A DNA stretch of 62,679 nucleotides, the filler included, from Rhabdomonas costata (taxonomy: Eukaryota), in NCBI GenBank assembly GCA_019059605.1. It is 35 parts of 35 records of this genome, joined end to end, with 100 filler letters (N's around TTAATTAATTAA, not from the genome) between each part and the next. Parts side by side here need not be neighbours in the genome. Positions count along the whole stretch, not along the records: positions 1 to 1,688 come from JAHMHO010010521.1; positions 1,789 to 3,484 come from JAHMHO010010522.1; positions 3,585 to 5,280 come from JAHMHO010010523.1; positions 5,381 to 7,076 come from JAHMHO010010524.1; positions 7,177 to 8,872 come from JAHMHO010010525.1; positions 8,973 to 10,668 come from JAHMHO010010526.1; positions 10,769 to 12,464 come from JAHMHO010010527.1; 28 more parts are not named here. The stretch is one strand, 5' to 3'. Positions within the stretch are counted from its first letter, which is position 1, and each line of letters opens with the position of its first letter. The notes below the pieces were generated by a model that saw nothing but the letters and a program-made list of their open reading frames with translations, was not told the origin of the DNA and ran no database searches. This document shows positions 1 to 12,564 of the stretch, one piece after another. Made by a program: the position numbers and the translations under genes.

Positions 1-85
1 GCTTCGGGCGCTGCGTGTTCTTGTGGGCAGGCTGACGGCAGAGGCCACGACGGTAGCGCGAACTATCCTCTCCTCTCTTCCGCAG

Positions 86-965
86 GAGCTCAGCTTCGCT
101 TGGAAGGTGCGCAACATCCTTCCTCCCTAATTCTCCCCTTCGCTCCGCCGATTCGGGCTTTCAACTGCTTTCCCAATGGGGATTCCTGCATCGTTGTCCT
201 GTCCGAATTCCTGCTTTTTTGTCTTCTGTCGTTTGCTTTTACATACTGATTGGTAAAGGAGTAGCCAGAGTACCCAGACTACCGGTATTTGTCTTGGTCG
301 TTAGATAAGGTATTCAATCGCCCCCCGGTCTACTCTCTTACTGAGGATAACGATGATCACGACAGCGCAAAAAAGAGAGGAAAGTCAGAGATATTCTTTC
401 ATCAATGGTGGCTTGGCATGGGTGTCTTCTGCCGTCTGTGTTTGGGTTTGAGTTATGGTGGGCTTTGTGTGATGGCTGCCTTTCCTTCTTCAATTAGTTT
501 TTGGGGCACGCCGTATTGCTTTCAGTGTTTTGGGAGCTTAATGTCGCCGTGATGCGCAAGGATCACTTCAATGGTATACGCCCATGGATTTTATACATTA
601 GGAGACGGGATGGAATCCCCTTTCGGTCAACCACGTTCCCTTTCACAGGGCACGTGCAAGTTCCACGCCGTATCGCACCCGCACAATTACTGCAGCACCA
701 CACGCTCCCGCCCCTCTCAATTCCCGGCAAGCTGAGCTGCAGCTGAGTAAACGTGCGACGATTTGATCGTTTGGGAGGCGTTTGGCATTTCCTTGGTTTC
801 TCTGTTGCCTTCATCTTCGGGCCCTTCTCAGCCAATTCAGCTTCTGGTCCCTGTATGTCAATCCAGTCGCCGCAACGTCTCGTGCAGGATGACTTCCTCG
901 TCCACATTTCCACGGTGGACCAGCAGCACAAGAGACTCTTCGCGATTCTGGGCATGCTCAAGGAA
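86..965 (+). CDS. Hemerythrin-domain protein, partial (exons 86-106, 888-965)
   Basis: CAG|GAGCTC...TGGAAG|GTGCGC and CAG|GATGAC...AAGGAA|GTATCG join in phase 0 to ELSFAWK-DDFLVHISTVDQQHKRLFAILGMLKE, matching the hemerythrin N-terminal pattern W-x-D-x-F-x-V-x-I-x-x-[IV]-D-x-Q-H-K-x-L-F. Confidence 0.8.
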
Positions 966-1688
966 GTATCGCTTGCTCCCGTTTCGGAGACGCGTCGCAC
1001 TGACATTGTAATCCTCCCCGCCCGCTTCACCACCACCACTTCCATATTCTTTCTCGACACGTCATTGTGAGAACAATTCAGCCCTAGTCTTTGCAACAGC
1101 ATCGGCACTTTCCTAAGGGGGGGGGGCACGAAATTGCGTCAAGCGTAACGTTTTTTTTGTCCGCGAAAAACCCTTCTGGTTGTCATGGTTTCAGTTTAAG
1201 ATCTGGGTGGTTAACTTTACGTCTGGGGAAAGGGGAAGGTTAATGGAGACTCTTGGGAAGTGTGTGAGGTTACTAGTTTGGCCACAGCCGGATCAACGCC
1301 TCTCTTTTTTCTGCGGTGGTTGTTCTTTCGTCCCACTCAAGAGCGCACGCGAAACGAGAACAAAAGGGCAAAAAGGGACGTCATCAGCTCTCTCTCTCTT
1401 CCGGCGACCGGCTCAGACCTGTTGAAAAAACAGAACCCCCGGAGGGGAGTTACCATCTCCGACCTCCGTGATGAGGCCCAAAAACCAAGTTCTCGTGTTT
1501 GACTGGCAAAAGCGGTGTTTTTCGTTATGCTGATGACCTACATGACTACTAATTGTTCTGTAGCTTCACTACTCTGCCGCGTGTGCATTTATGGTTTGTA
1601 CACAGAGGAAACACAGAGGTTTATAATTTGAACTATATATTATCTTCAAAGGCTAAACCTCTGTGTTTCCTCTGTGCACAAACACAAC

Positions 1689-1788
1689 NNNNNNNNNNNN
1701 NNNNNNNNNNNNNNNNNNNNNNNNNNNNNNNNTTAATTAATTAANNNNNNNNNNNNNNNNNNNNNNNNNNNNNNNNNNNNNNNNNNNN
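1689..1788. other. Artificial contig spacer N44-TTAATTAATTAA-N44 (first of 34 copies, about every 1.79 kb)
   Basis: Identical 100-nt spacer with stops in all six frames recurs 34 times; separated segments are near-equal in length and unrelated in content. Confidence 0.99.
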
Positions 1789-3588
1789 GGTGTTTGGTGC
1801 TGTCCGCGCGGGGCTTCGCTGCGGAACCTGGTGGCAATGGATAAGGCTGGCTTAAGTGTGTGGCGCGGGTGAGGCGACTCCCAAGGGTTCCCTTTCCCCG
1901 CACTTTCTTCTCTTCGGGACCAGTAGAAGTTGGGCTTTCCTTCCTTTCAGTTCTTTTTTGGCCGCCGGCCTCTTGTTTTATTTTTGGATTGTTTGTTCTC
2001 TCCTCTTGTGGCTCCGTGTGCACCTTTTCTTGTGTTCTCGAGACCTCAAACCTGCGGTGTTTTTTCTACTACCGCTACATTCGTTTGTGCAAGGTTGTAT
2101 TTTTAGATTTGATTTTGAGTTATTCATGGTGCCCTAGCTTGGAAAACTTCTGGCTGTAATTTTCACACCGTGTGTTGGAGGCCGCTGGAGTTGTGCTCTC
2201 TCTCGGTTGTGGTTACAGGAAGGACTCAGTGTTGGCGTGGACTCACAGAAACTTGTATTTTTGCGGTTTTTTTTGTGTGCGTGCTCCAAAAAAAACCTGT
2301 GAAAAAGCTTTGGGTGCATTTGATTCTCTTTGCCGCACTCATTGAAATCTCGGTGCAGTCACTGTGCTTGCTGCGCGCCCTTTTCTGGAAAATCCCACAT
2401 ACATACATACATACAGTTGTGGCGCCCTTCACCCGCACCCTTTCTCTTTCCTCGGGAAAGATGTGTCTCCCACGGTGTCTGTATGTTTGTGCCTTTCAAG
2501 CTCCCTGCTGAACAAAATCAGGGCAAATCTTGTGTGCTGAGGCAACTGACGTCCCCAATTTTCATTGGGGAAGTTCTGGTTGGTGGGGCCCAAAGTTGCC
2601 TTCACCTTTATGTACTATTGCTGGGCGAGACCAGCATGTTAGACCGTGTATATGCACCCGAGCCGACTTCGATGTCTCCGAGCAGCTGCATCAGTCGTCA
2701 CCTTTCATACCCAACTCATTGTGTGCCTTTTTTTCACACCCCATTCCTGTGTCCTGTGTCCCTTCCTTTACACTCACTATTGCCCACTCGCTCACATCCT
2801 TATGCCCCCCTTTCAGCTCTCCGGCCGTGTAACCACTCCGAGGATTGCTTTTGTGGTGGGTTTGCCTGCTGTTTGGTATGGAGTGGGTTTTGCACGGTTA
2901 GCGTAATCCAAAACCTCGTGCCAAGACTCGGCCCGCACCATTCATCGACTAAAAAGCTCATTACGCGGTTCCCCCTAGTGTTCCACCCTTGGAATGTCAA
3001 GGAAGAACCCCCAGCGCTTAAATTCGTGATTATCGAGCAAGGTTTGGAGCTGAATGCATGCAGAGTTGAGCTCATGATGAACAAACGGTAACTATTACGT
3101 TTTGGAAGCCACAGTTTCGGAACTCCGACGCATCCGGGAAGCTTGCGTTGAGTGAGAAGCCTAGGTTTGTATAGTTGTGTCTCAGTTCCATTCGTTCTTG
3201 TCCTAAAACACGAGCGTTTGCGACCGCTACTCAAATAGAGCGAAAAACTTTGCAGTACCTTCCGTATTGGACTTGAGACGTCTCTGGAGGGCCATGTCAC
3301 TCACCTTCTGTGTCGGGGTCGAACTTTTGGGGATGGGAGTGCTCAGTTAACGCTCAAACAGGCTGAGGGCCAAGTTGTCAATCGACAAGCGTCCCATTTC
3401 CTTTCATCCGAACGTGTTTCGGCTTATTAACTTCTGCTAACCTACTGGTGGTATTAGGCCGCGGCACAGGCTTTCCAGAAAAAANNNNNNNNNNNNNNNN
3501 NNNNNNNNNNNNNNNNNNNNNNNNNNNNTTAATTAATTAANNNNNNNNNNNNNNNNNNNNNNNNNNNNNNNNNNNNNNNNNNNNGTTG

Positions 3589-3696
3589 TTTTTTGTAGTG
3601 ATCCATTAAATTACCGAGTTGCCTTCATGGATTATGATAGTTACAATTAGACATTTCATGAGACATTTCGGTAATTTAATGGATCACTACAAAAAA
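3589..3696. repeat. Contig-terminal inverted repeat (29-bp arms 3589-3617 / 3668-3696)
   Basis: TTTTTTGTAGTGATCCATTAAATTACCGA and its exact reverse complement; starts 4 nt from the contig start. Confidence 0.95.
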
Positions 3697-5764
3697 AGCT
3701 AAGCAACATCAACCAGTGCCTTATTTAGTAAAATACCGGGGGAAACAGAGATACAGAACAAGCAGACACAGCACAGGAACACAAACCCAACCTACACACA
3801 GACATCTTTGCGCAGGGGTAAAAAGGCAAAAAAAAACACAGGGCCCAATTGAGGATGGATAGAAAGAGGTAACGAGGGAAATGTGAGGTGCGCAGGTGTT
3901 TGGCCATGTCCTCCCCCTCTGCGTTTGTTGAGTGACTGATATTCCCTGCCGCCGGAGGCTCGGTGCACATTGGGTGGTGGTGTGGTGGGTGGCCTGTGGC
4001 CCCTCGGGTTGTGGGCAGGGGTGAGCTGTTTCCGGTTCCGCCGTCCAGCCGCAGGATGAGCGGGAACCGTGAACATCTCCCCCAGCTTTCTTTCCGGTTT
4101 GGGCAGAGAGGGAGAGCCTCATGGGCTTTTTTCACACGACACAGTACACACAACACAGCGGTAGGTACACAGTGTGCAGTATTCGGAACCTTATCATTTC
4201 TTTGCAAGCGCGAGGAACGGACAGAGGGATGGTTCTTTTGCAAAAAAAAAGAACAGGGGGATGCTCCTTCATGGATGTTCTTCAAATACGAAATCTTCGG
4301 AGGAATCATGGGATTGCATAAAACAGACTGGGAGAGGGCAACCCTTCAGACCTGTTCATAACGTAAGCCCCAACCACCAGCAGCAAAAATCCAGCGGCAC
4401 ATGGCAGTGCGATGGGCAAGATATTCATCGTGGAGTTTACTGTAGAGACCCCCCCCAGAAAACAATAAAAGCGCACGCAAAACCGAAACAACCAAATGCA
4501 ACCAAATAACGAGACAACCATTGCTCAGCCGACTCATCCTTCCAACGGATAGGCAAGCCCCAGTGTTCAAAGCTGATACGAGGCACCATTTTACAGACCT
4601 TTCTCCGGGTTTGCCACATTGTCCGTGCCTCCGACTGATTAGAGGTCGTGCAAAGGAAAAGCGGTCTTTTTCTGTGGTGGTTGTTCTTTCGTCTCACTCA
4701 AGGGTGCAGGCGAGGCGAGAAAAAAGAACAAAAGGGAACGCCATTAGTGAAACAAACCTGCACATGACAGAAATGAAAGAAAGCGTAACTTGCGTGCGTT
4801 TTCTGTTCAATACGCTGAGGCAAACAACTACTCTCGGTCACCGCCTCAAGGCAACAGCTTCTACTACTCGTCGGGGTGTGCAAAAACCATTGCCACGTCA
4901 GCTACATGAGAGCAACTGAAAGTAAGCGGGATTTTGAGACCCACACAGCGCAAAGCCAACCGCACACATTAAAGGACAAATTTACAACCGCAGCAGCGAA
5001 AGGAAAGGTGCAGCGACCTGACCCATTCTTCCGGGATCCTTTCGGGTGTACAAAATATAAAAGCCCGTCCGGTGCTTCAAAAATAGTGATCAAGTTCCCT
5101 GAGACCGGTTCCTCCCATTTGATTGTCGAAACATACCACCGTGTTCAGAAGCAACTCTATACAAAAACTAAAGGCAGAGTGACGGTCACAGACGGACACA
5201 GACATGCCTTGCGCAGGGTCGGGGTCATAGCGCTGCTTCAGAGTGCACACAACAGGCTTCGAGCCGTCCGTGTCCACACANNNNNNNNNNNNNNNNNNNN
5301 NNNNNNNNNNNNNNNNNNNNNNNNTTAATTAATTAANNNNNNNNNNNNNNNNNNNNNNNNNNNNNNNNNNNNNNNNNNNNTGGTTTGGTATAACCCCTGA
5401 AAGGGAACTATGAAGAACATAGAGGCAGCAGAGGGAAGAGAGCGCGTGGATCAGTGCTCATTAAAGGCGTTTTGATGAACACACTGGACACAGAATTGCT
5501 ATACAGAATAAACCACATCGCCTTTTGGTCTAAACTTTCTTCGTTTGTGTGGTTATTATTTGCATTATTTGCATTATTGAGAAGTAGGCATACACTTTCC
5601 CCAATTAGCAGCACACTCATAGCACGATCTTGATAAATCGGGCCTTTCTGCTCTGCTGCAGCTCAGGCGACTACTCGAGGAAACAGAAAAGACAAGCACA
5701 CACAACACATACCGCTAAGCACCCCGTGAAAAGAGAAAGAAGAGGAGGTAAGGGGGTGTCCCAC

Positions 5765-5984
5765 CGAAGGTCAACGGGTCCGCCTTGTTTGCGACGTCGT
5801 ACGGCAGCAGCAGCACGGTAAAGCATGACAGGGCGACGCTGAGCACTACCACCCCCTTCGGCAGCCATGCTGTGTTGCGGTCCTCCTTGCTCCCGAACAC
5901 GCACAGGAGGTACACCGAGCCCCCCAGAATCAGCACAATGGCGATCACCAGTACGGCGATCAGCCAGGGGTTGACCGACAGCAT
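5765..5984 (-). CDS. LMBR1-like membrane protein, first exon
   Basis: MLSVNPWLIAVLVIAIVLILGGSVYLLCVFGSKEDRNTAWLPKGVVVLSVALSCFTVLLLPYDVAN: two TM helices, EDxNxAWxPK and LLPxDVAN motifs; ends at donor G|GTGGGA. Confidence 0.85.
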
Positions 5985-7176
5985 TGCGGAAAAAGGGTGG
6001 CGGAGCGGTTACGTCTTCTAACTTTCCTTCCTCCACCACAATGTTGCCATCAAAGGGCAAGAAAATACACCTCAGAACTTGGATGGTTGCGGGACACCCC
6101 TGGAACTACAAAGTAGACACCAACAAAAGCCGAATTGGCGGTATGACGGTGTGTGGGGAGGGGATTTCCATCATCGACAGCGGTAACACTAATCTATCCA
6201 CAAGAGGTCGGCGAACAGTGTCGGCGCACTCGAAATGATGAAGTGATTTTTGAGCTACAGATTGGAAAAATCACGCTCCTAAGCCCCTTAATGGCAGGAC
6301 TGCTGCTCGCCTTCCCTTTCTGGTTTTGGCTTTCGAGCTCTTTGGGAGAGACGCTACATCATGACACGAGGCAGGGCAGGCCTGGTGGGTGGTTCAGTGG
6401 ATGGGTTGGTGAGGGAGGTCGCAAAGGAAGGAAAAAATAATGGTTGGGGTGGGGGTGGGGAGCTGCAGACAAGACAGAAAGTAGGCAAACCTGCTTTTAG
6501 AAAAAAAACAATAGTTGTTTCACACAGGTTGACATAAGGGAGTTATCGAGGCGGTCTTCCCGGTACGCCAGCCAACTGCGGGAGAGGGTGTCCCCCACCA
6601 ACAAAAAACTTGGATTGACTCTGAAGAAGCCGTGGTTCGAGACGGATGGTGCTATCATACAATAGAGAAAGACATCTTCAAGGGGAAATCGGTGCTTGGC
6701 CTCCCAGATCACGTGGTCCGTCCACCTTCGACTTTTCTTGTGAACCAGGGACAGAAACCATCTTGCGCATGACAATGCTCTGCCTGTCCTGCGCAGGTTT
6801 TTCTTTTTCGTTGAAGAAGTCCCCTTCGATGGTTCTCGCCCCGCGCGCGCTTGAGTGAGACAGCAGAACAACCACCACAGGGGGCAAACTCAAACAACAG
6901 CAGTGTATAAGCATGGCAGGTTCACCCCCTTCGGACATCCCATTCGGCTAAGAGAGAGTGAGGACGGCAGCAAGTGCCATTTCATTCCAAGCCACTTGCC
7001 GTCCACAAGGCCCGCTTATATTGGCAATTTTGGTTATACTAATCGTCACTATAATATGGACTTGTAACCCAACAACNNNNNNNNNNNNNNNNNNNNNNNN
7101 NNNNNNNNNNNNNNNNNNNNTTAATTAATTAANNNNNNNNNNNNNNNNNNNNNNNNNNNNNNNNNNNNNNNNNNNN

Positions 7177-7956
7177 GTGGTGGGTGTGTTTGGTGTTGGT
7201 GGTGGTTCCTTCCGGAGGGGAGGAACCCCCTTCGAGTCCATTTCACATGACGCGAAGGCTGATTCTTCGTTGAGCCCCCGTACGCTGTCTGATCGACAGT
7301 CCGCCAGCAGTCTGGATGGCCGGCCTCAAGGATCCGTCCTCAGCGCCACAGCAGGGGCACCAAGCGACACACCCACTGCATCGGTCACGCACAAGCGTAA
7401 GACAACACTTTCCGGAATAGCACATGCCCTGCAGAATTTTACAAAGAGTAAGACTGGGAAGCCACCGAGACCTCGAAAGCTCAGTGTTGATGCCTCAGTG
7501 GTATCGAACCCCACAGACGACACCTTGGTTCGACCTGAACGCTCTTCTAGGAGCGAGACATCGAGCCCCTCGGACTCCTCTGCCAACTTGCAGGTCAAGA
7601 CAGTCCTTTTGGAGAATCTGCTGAAGCAGTTGATGCAGGAGCATCAGGCGCAGATGCATGCAGGAAGACAAGCTAATGCGCGGATTGTTGAGCTCCAAGA
7701 AGCATTGAAAAAGGCTGAGGGGGAGGTTATGCAATGGCAGCTACAGGCCGTGCAACTTAAGCGGTCTCTGCATCAGACCAAGCAAAAGCAAGCTTCCTTG
7801 GAAGCCGAGAATGCAAGGCTTCGTGCTGAGCACGCTGAAATGCAAACCGCGGTGCAGCGCATGGCAACTGAGCTTGTCAGCACCTCAAGAAGCGCAGTGG
7901 AGGCCGCGGAGGACCTCAGATCGACCAGGGCAAGCGCGGAAGATCTGCAGGCAATG
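7177..7956 (+). CDS. Large exon of a Ser-rich / coiled-coil hypothetical protein
   Basis: Open frame of about 260 codons, Ser/Pro-rich then heptad-rich (LLENLLKQLMQEHQ...LEAENARLRAEH); plausible donor ATG|GTTCGG just before the stop. Confidence 0.65.
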
Positions 7957-9719
7957 GTTCGGTGGTTTGGATAGCTCTTTGGACAATCATTGCTGCATTG
8001 CAAACCTTGCTTTTGTTTGTGTATTTCGAGGTTGTTGCAACTTTTGCGTCTCTATTTTGACTTGTTCCTGTGCCGCCGCTAATGGTACACCTTCGGCGAG
8101 TTTATTTTTGGTGGCACTGTGTGACAGCGGGAGAGTGTTGGCTCTCATGGCAGGGAGATGGGTCCACGGATTGCTGTGAAAATTTGTCCATTTCAAAGTT
8201 AACAGTGACGTTGCTTTCGTCCACCCTCGAATCCTGATCCTCACCCATCTGGGCGGTAGTTTGTGCGTCCATGCAATTAGTCGTCAGTTGTTCATTTTGC
8301 ACTTCCTCCCGACAATGCCCGTTAGCATTCCTTTTGGGAAAAGCTCAACTGAGTCATTAAGGTTTCAGCAAGCTTTGAGAACTTATTAACCACATAATGG
8401 CTGTCGGGGGGGGAGGGGGGTTGTGGCCCGTCCCGGATCATGAAGTGCGGAAGGGCCATTTTGCCCCCTACCGGTGTAGTAATTAAGCATTCACAGGGCT
8501 TCAAGGGTTCCGTGCAATGCAGAGCATTAATTAGTTTTCAGATTCAGTGCCTCTGGCTTCCCGTCGGTTTTGCGATACCTGTTGTCAGAAAGCTTCGCTT
8601 TGCTTGCAAGCACGACTTGGAAAATTTGCAGTTAAGTAAAAGTTTTTGGATGTTCTTCGGCGTCCTGCGGCAATGTCAACGCTTTCTTGCCCTTCCCTCT
8701 GTTTCAGGTTCCTCTAATCCCCTTTGTGTATTTTTTCCTTTTTATTCCAACACCTGGATCTCCCGTTTCTCCGCGGTCGTCGGTCTCCGGACCCGACGTC
8801 TGAGCGCTCTCAGGGGAGATCCTGCACCCCTGATCGCTCCGGCTCCGGATCAAGCGTGTCCGAACCACACACNNNNNNNNNNNNNNNNNNNNNNNNNNNN
8901 NNNNNNNNNNNNNNNNTTAATTAATTAANNNNNNNNNNNNNNNNNNNNNNNNNNNNNNNNNNNNNNNNNNNNGGGTGTTGGGGTTAGCTGCGGATGAGAC
9001 AACAGGGGAGAGGGATCCGAGTGGAAGAAGAAGCAGGAACGGGGGTGACAGCAGCGGCAGCGATGCACCCGCTTCAGCTCAACGCAGACCAGCGTCAACA
9101 GAAGGAGCTCGAGAAATGGCCCCCTAGCGTCCAAGGGCGCCGTGTCTCAGATAAGGGCGCGCAAGAACCACAGCCGTGACAACAAAAGTTGTCGCTAACA
9201 CCAAGCCACAGCAAGCCGACAATATGCCATACGAGTGAGAATCTTCCGACCATCCCTCCGATGCTTTTTTTGGGGGGAGGGAGGGGAGTGTTAAACGGTT
9301 TAAAGTCGTTAGGGGTGTTAACCGGTAAGTTCCGAGACTAAGAATTTTGTTTTACACTACCTTTCCTATTTCGGTGTGTTAGATGGTGAAATTGCCTGGG
9401 AAGGGCGATGAACGGTTTCCAGGAAATGGCACGTTAAAGGGACAGTTATTTTGGGACTTCTTTTGGTGGCAAACGGAGCGGAGGGCCGAGAGGGGACGAT
9501 GTCTGGGGAGCGCGGGGGAGTTTTCGCGGTCATCCGAACCAAAAGCGACAAGGGTTTTCTAGTGGCTGTGCTTACCAACAACGGAAATCGTTCGTTTGAG
9601 CTTCGACCAGCATAGTTTTGTAAATCACCGTTTAACCTATGAACGTATCCAACTCCAGCACTCATAAAGCATAAATTTGGCCACAGCTTGATTTGGGAGG
9701 GGGGGGAGGGTACTCGCAC

Positions 9720-10519
9720 CCGTCGTTGGGGAACAGGAGGTCCACAAGGTTCCCCCAGGGGGGCTTGAAGGAGGCCAGGATCCGGAAGTCCGGGTAGGCA
9801 CGCAGCAAGGGTGCCAGCTGGAACAGCCTAAACATACGGTACACACCCGCGAATACAAAAAGCGACGAGAGATGGACATACACAGCCTTTCCCAGCAGCG
9901 TTTTCCGAGGTGACAATCAACCTTCGGCGTATTGTTTTACTGCTCTCGTGGGCAACTTGTTTGGCTCAAATCTGGGCTTAGCTAAACTTGGCCAAAAGCA
10001 ACTTTGCTTTCCTAGGGCACTGAAACTACAGCCGGACAACAAAAGATTTCTCCCGTCAGGAAATCTCATGCACGACGTACACATATACATCGTCAGTAAG
10101 CGGGACGTGGGTCTGCCCTGGAGTGCGTAACTACGGCTATACAGCCTGCGGTCAACGATACCCACACTGCGAGAATGCTGCTCCTGCTCAGCCGAAGGCC
10201 CTAACAAAGCAAAATCCCGATAACCACAATCCATCAAACGCCATTTGAACCACCAACCATACATCCCTAAACCCGAAGCTGGGCAGCGCGGGGGTATCGT
10301 CACTCACTTGGGTATCGTCTCAGCGAGGAAGTGGTAGAAGTTCACGGAGTACACGTGGACCACGGTAGCAGCACGGCGCAGCCTAAGGGCGGTGCGGGCT
10401 ACCTCAGTGCGGGCGCTGTCCACGGTGCCCCAGGGGCACAGACCGGCCCAGTACAGTGTGGGCCGCGATGAGCCCGCGCGGCCCGAGGAGGGGAGGACCA
10501 CCAGGTTGCCATTCCATAT
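9720..10519 (-). CDS. Glycosyltransferase family 61 (DUF563-like) protein, partial (exons 10519-10308, 9827-9720)
   Basis: Phase-2 join CCC AA|G CTG gives YSVNFYHFLAETIPKLFQLAPLLRAYPDFRIL, resembling the GT61 NYYHxxxExxP[RK]L motif; GT-AG sites. Confidence 0.7.
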
Positions 10520-12564
10520 CTGCCACCCCAACAAACTGACGGACACGCATCCACATCCACATTCATCAGGTCTTTTTTTAACCCCAAGGGTTCCATTTTC
10601 TTGCGATTTTTTCATCCGAAAAAACATAATGCAAATGAAAAATCTAAAAACAAAAACAAGCCGAAAACNNNNNNNNNNNNNNNNNNNNNNNNNNNNNNNN
10701 NNNNNNNNNNNNTTAATTAATTAANNNNNNNNNNNNNNNNNNNNNNNNNNNNNNNNNNNNNNNNNNNNACCTTGACCGTACGGGGGCAGGTGGGGTCGAA
10801 TTTTTGGTGAAAAATGCCCTAAAATGGGGCAAACCCAAGCAAAATGGGTCAGAAATGGGCCAAAAACAGGCGAAAAACGAGCCTAAAATGTGGCCCAGGC
10901 GCCATTTTCAAAACGCTCTGTGCTAACCAATCATAATAGGGAGGGAACAGGACCTGAGAAGCGTTTGCGCGCGAGAAGGTGAATTATTGTCCATTTTTCC
11001 ATAGTGATGGCCCCTTTTAAATCGAGTTTTGTCATGAGATTAGAGCAGGCACGACAGAATTTCCGCACTTGGCCTCTCAGTTTGTAATTTGGTGTGTTTT
11101 TCGCTATGAGAGAAGAGCCTGCTCCCATGGTTTTACCTTTCTCCAGGCATTTGGGTCCTTTTCTGTCCTCGCCCTGTGGATTGCAAAGATGTCACTGTCA
11201 ACCCAGAGGTTTTTCTGCGGGCTTCTGCGAGCTTCGGGATGAGATGGGCAGTGGCCCAGTGTAGGGCATCTTGGTGTCGCTGCAGCCAGAGCCACTCCAA
11301 CGCAAGCAAAGGATGGGTACCCTATGCATTGATATAATTTTGCTTGACTTACCGCCAAGAGGGATCTGCAGGGGTTGGTCCATACATCTTTGGAATGCCG
11401 GAATGCCGCGGTTCCATATCGCCCCCCCTCCCAAACTTTCCAGGTTATGCCACCCGCGGTGCCTCTCGGGCTCTGGTCGAGCTGGTGGGGGAGGGGGCAA
11501 AGATGACCATGATCATTACATGGATGACTGAGGTCTGTCAGATTTTTTACTGACTCAGTTTTTTGGTCCCGAAGGAGTTGAAATTATGTGGGCGAAGGTG
11601 TAATATGGTTTGGACGGCCTCATCCTCCCAACCAGTGTCGGTCCCAATCGTCATCCTATGAATTCTTTTTGCACGTGGCTCACGTCAATTACCATTTGCA
11701 TTTGTTGCCGTGAGACTGGTGGAAATGAGTATCCGTCTCCTTGGGGCGTCAAAGTTATATTTGGTGAATGCCATGTAGAGCGAAGGCGAAAAGCGGAAGT
11801 GGGGGCTTTTTCGCTGTTGCGTGACTGCTTCCTCAATATCCGCTTGTTCGCATTTCCATCATTGGTAGTGTTTGAAGTGCAGAAGCCAAGCAACCAGCGC
11901 ACTGTGCCGTCTCACATTTAAAAAACTGCCTGCCTGAGGATGCGTAGTCTGGGTTATTGAAGCTCGTATCTTTCGAGGAAGCCCAAAAGTAAGTCGCTTG
12001 CTGTTCGGTCCTGCAAAGGGGTGAACCGGTGCTTATGCAATGAGAGATGTGCGAACCCCGGCCATGCCTGTCGACACAAACGGAGAGATTGACGTGCCGT
12101 GGTGGGAAGTGCTGAGAAACTTGAGATCTGCGGAATACCTGAGCGTTTAGCGCAAAACGTGCTGCTAACTCATAAACGGCATCCCAACGCAAACGCCACT
12201 GTGCCTTTATCCCTGCGGTCCTTCAATCACCTGGAGACATATCAATTTACCACCCCTTTTCGTCAGCTGCCATCATCCTCATTTTTTATTTGAGCCTTAC
12301 ACTTGTTTTGCTGCTCGTGAATTCATTCCGTGTTTCCGGTTATTCCTGTTGCTGCAATGCCACCCTCGCTGCGGGCGTGGATGCTGAGCCTCGGGTCCTC
12401 TCCTGAAGAGAGCTCCGAGGAACAAGAGCAGCGGCGAGTGATGCTTGTGGTGCACCACCCAACCNNNNNNNNNNNNNNNNNNNNNNNNNNNNNNNNNNNN
12501 NNNNNNNNTTAATTAATTAANNNNNNNNNNNNNNNNNNNNNNNNNNNNNNNNNNNNNNNNNNNN

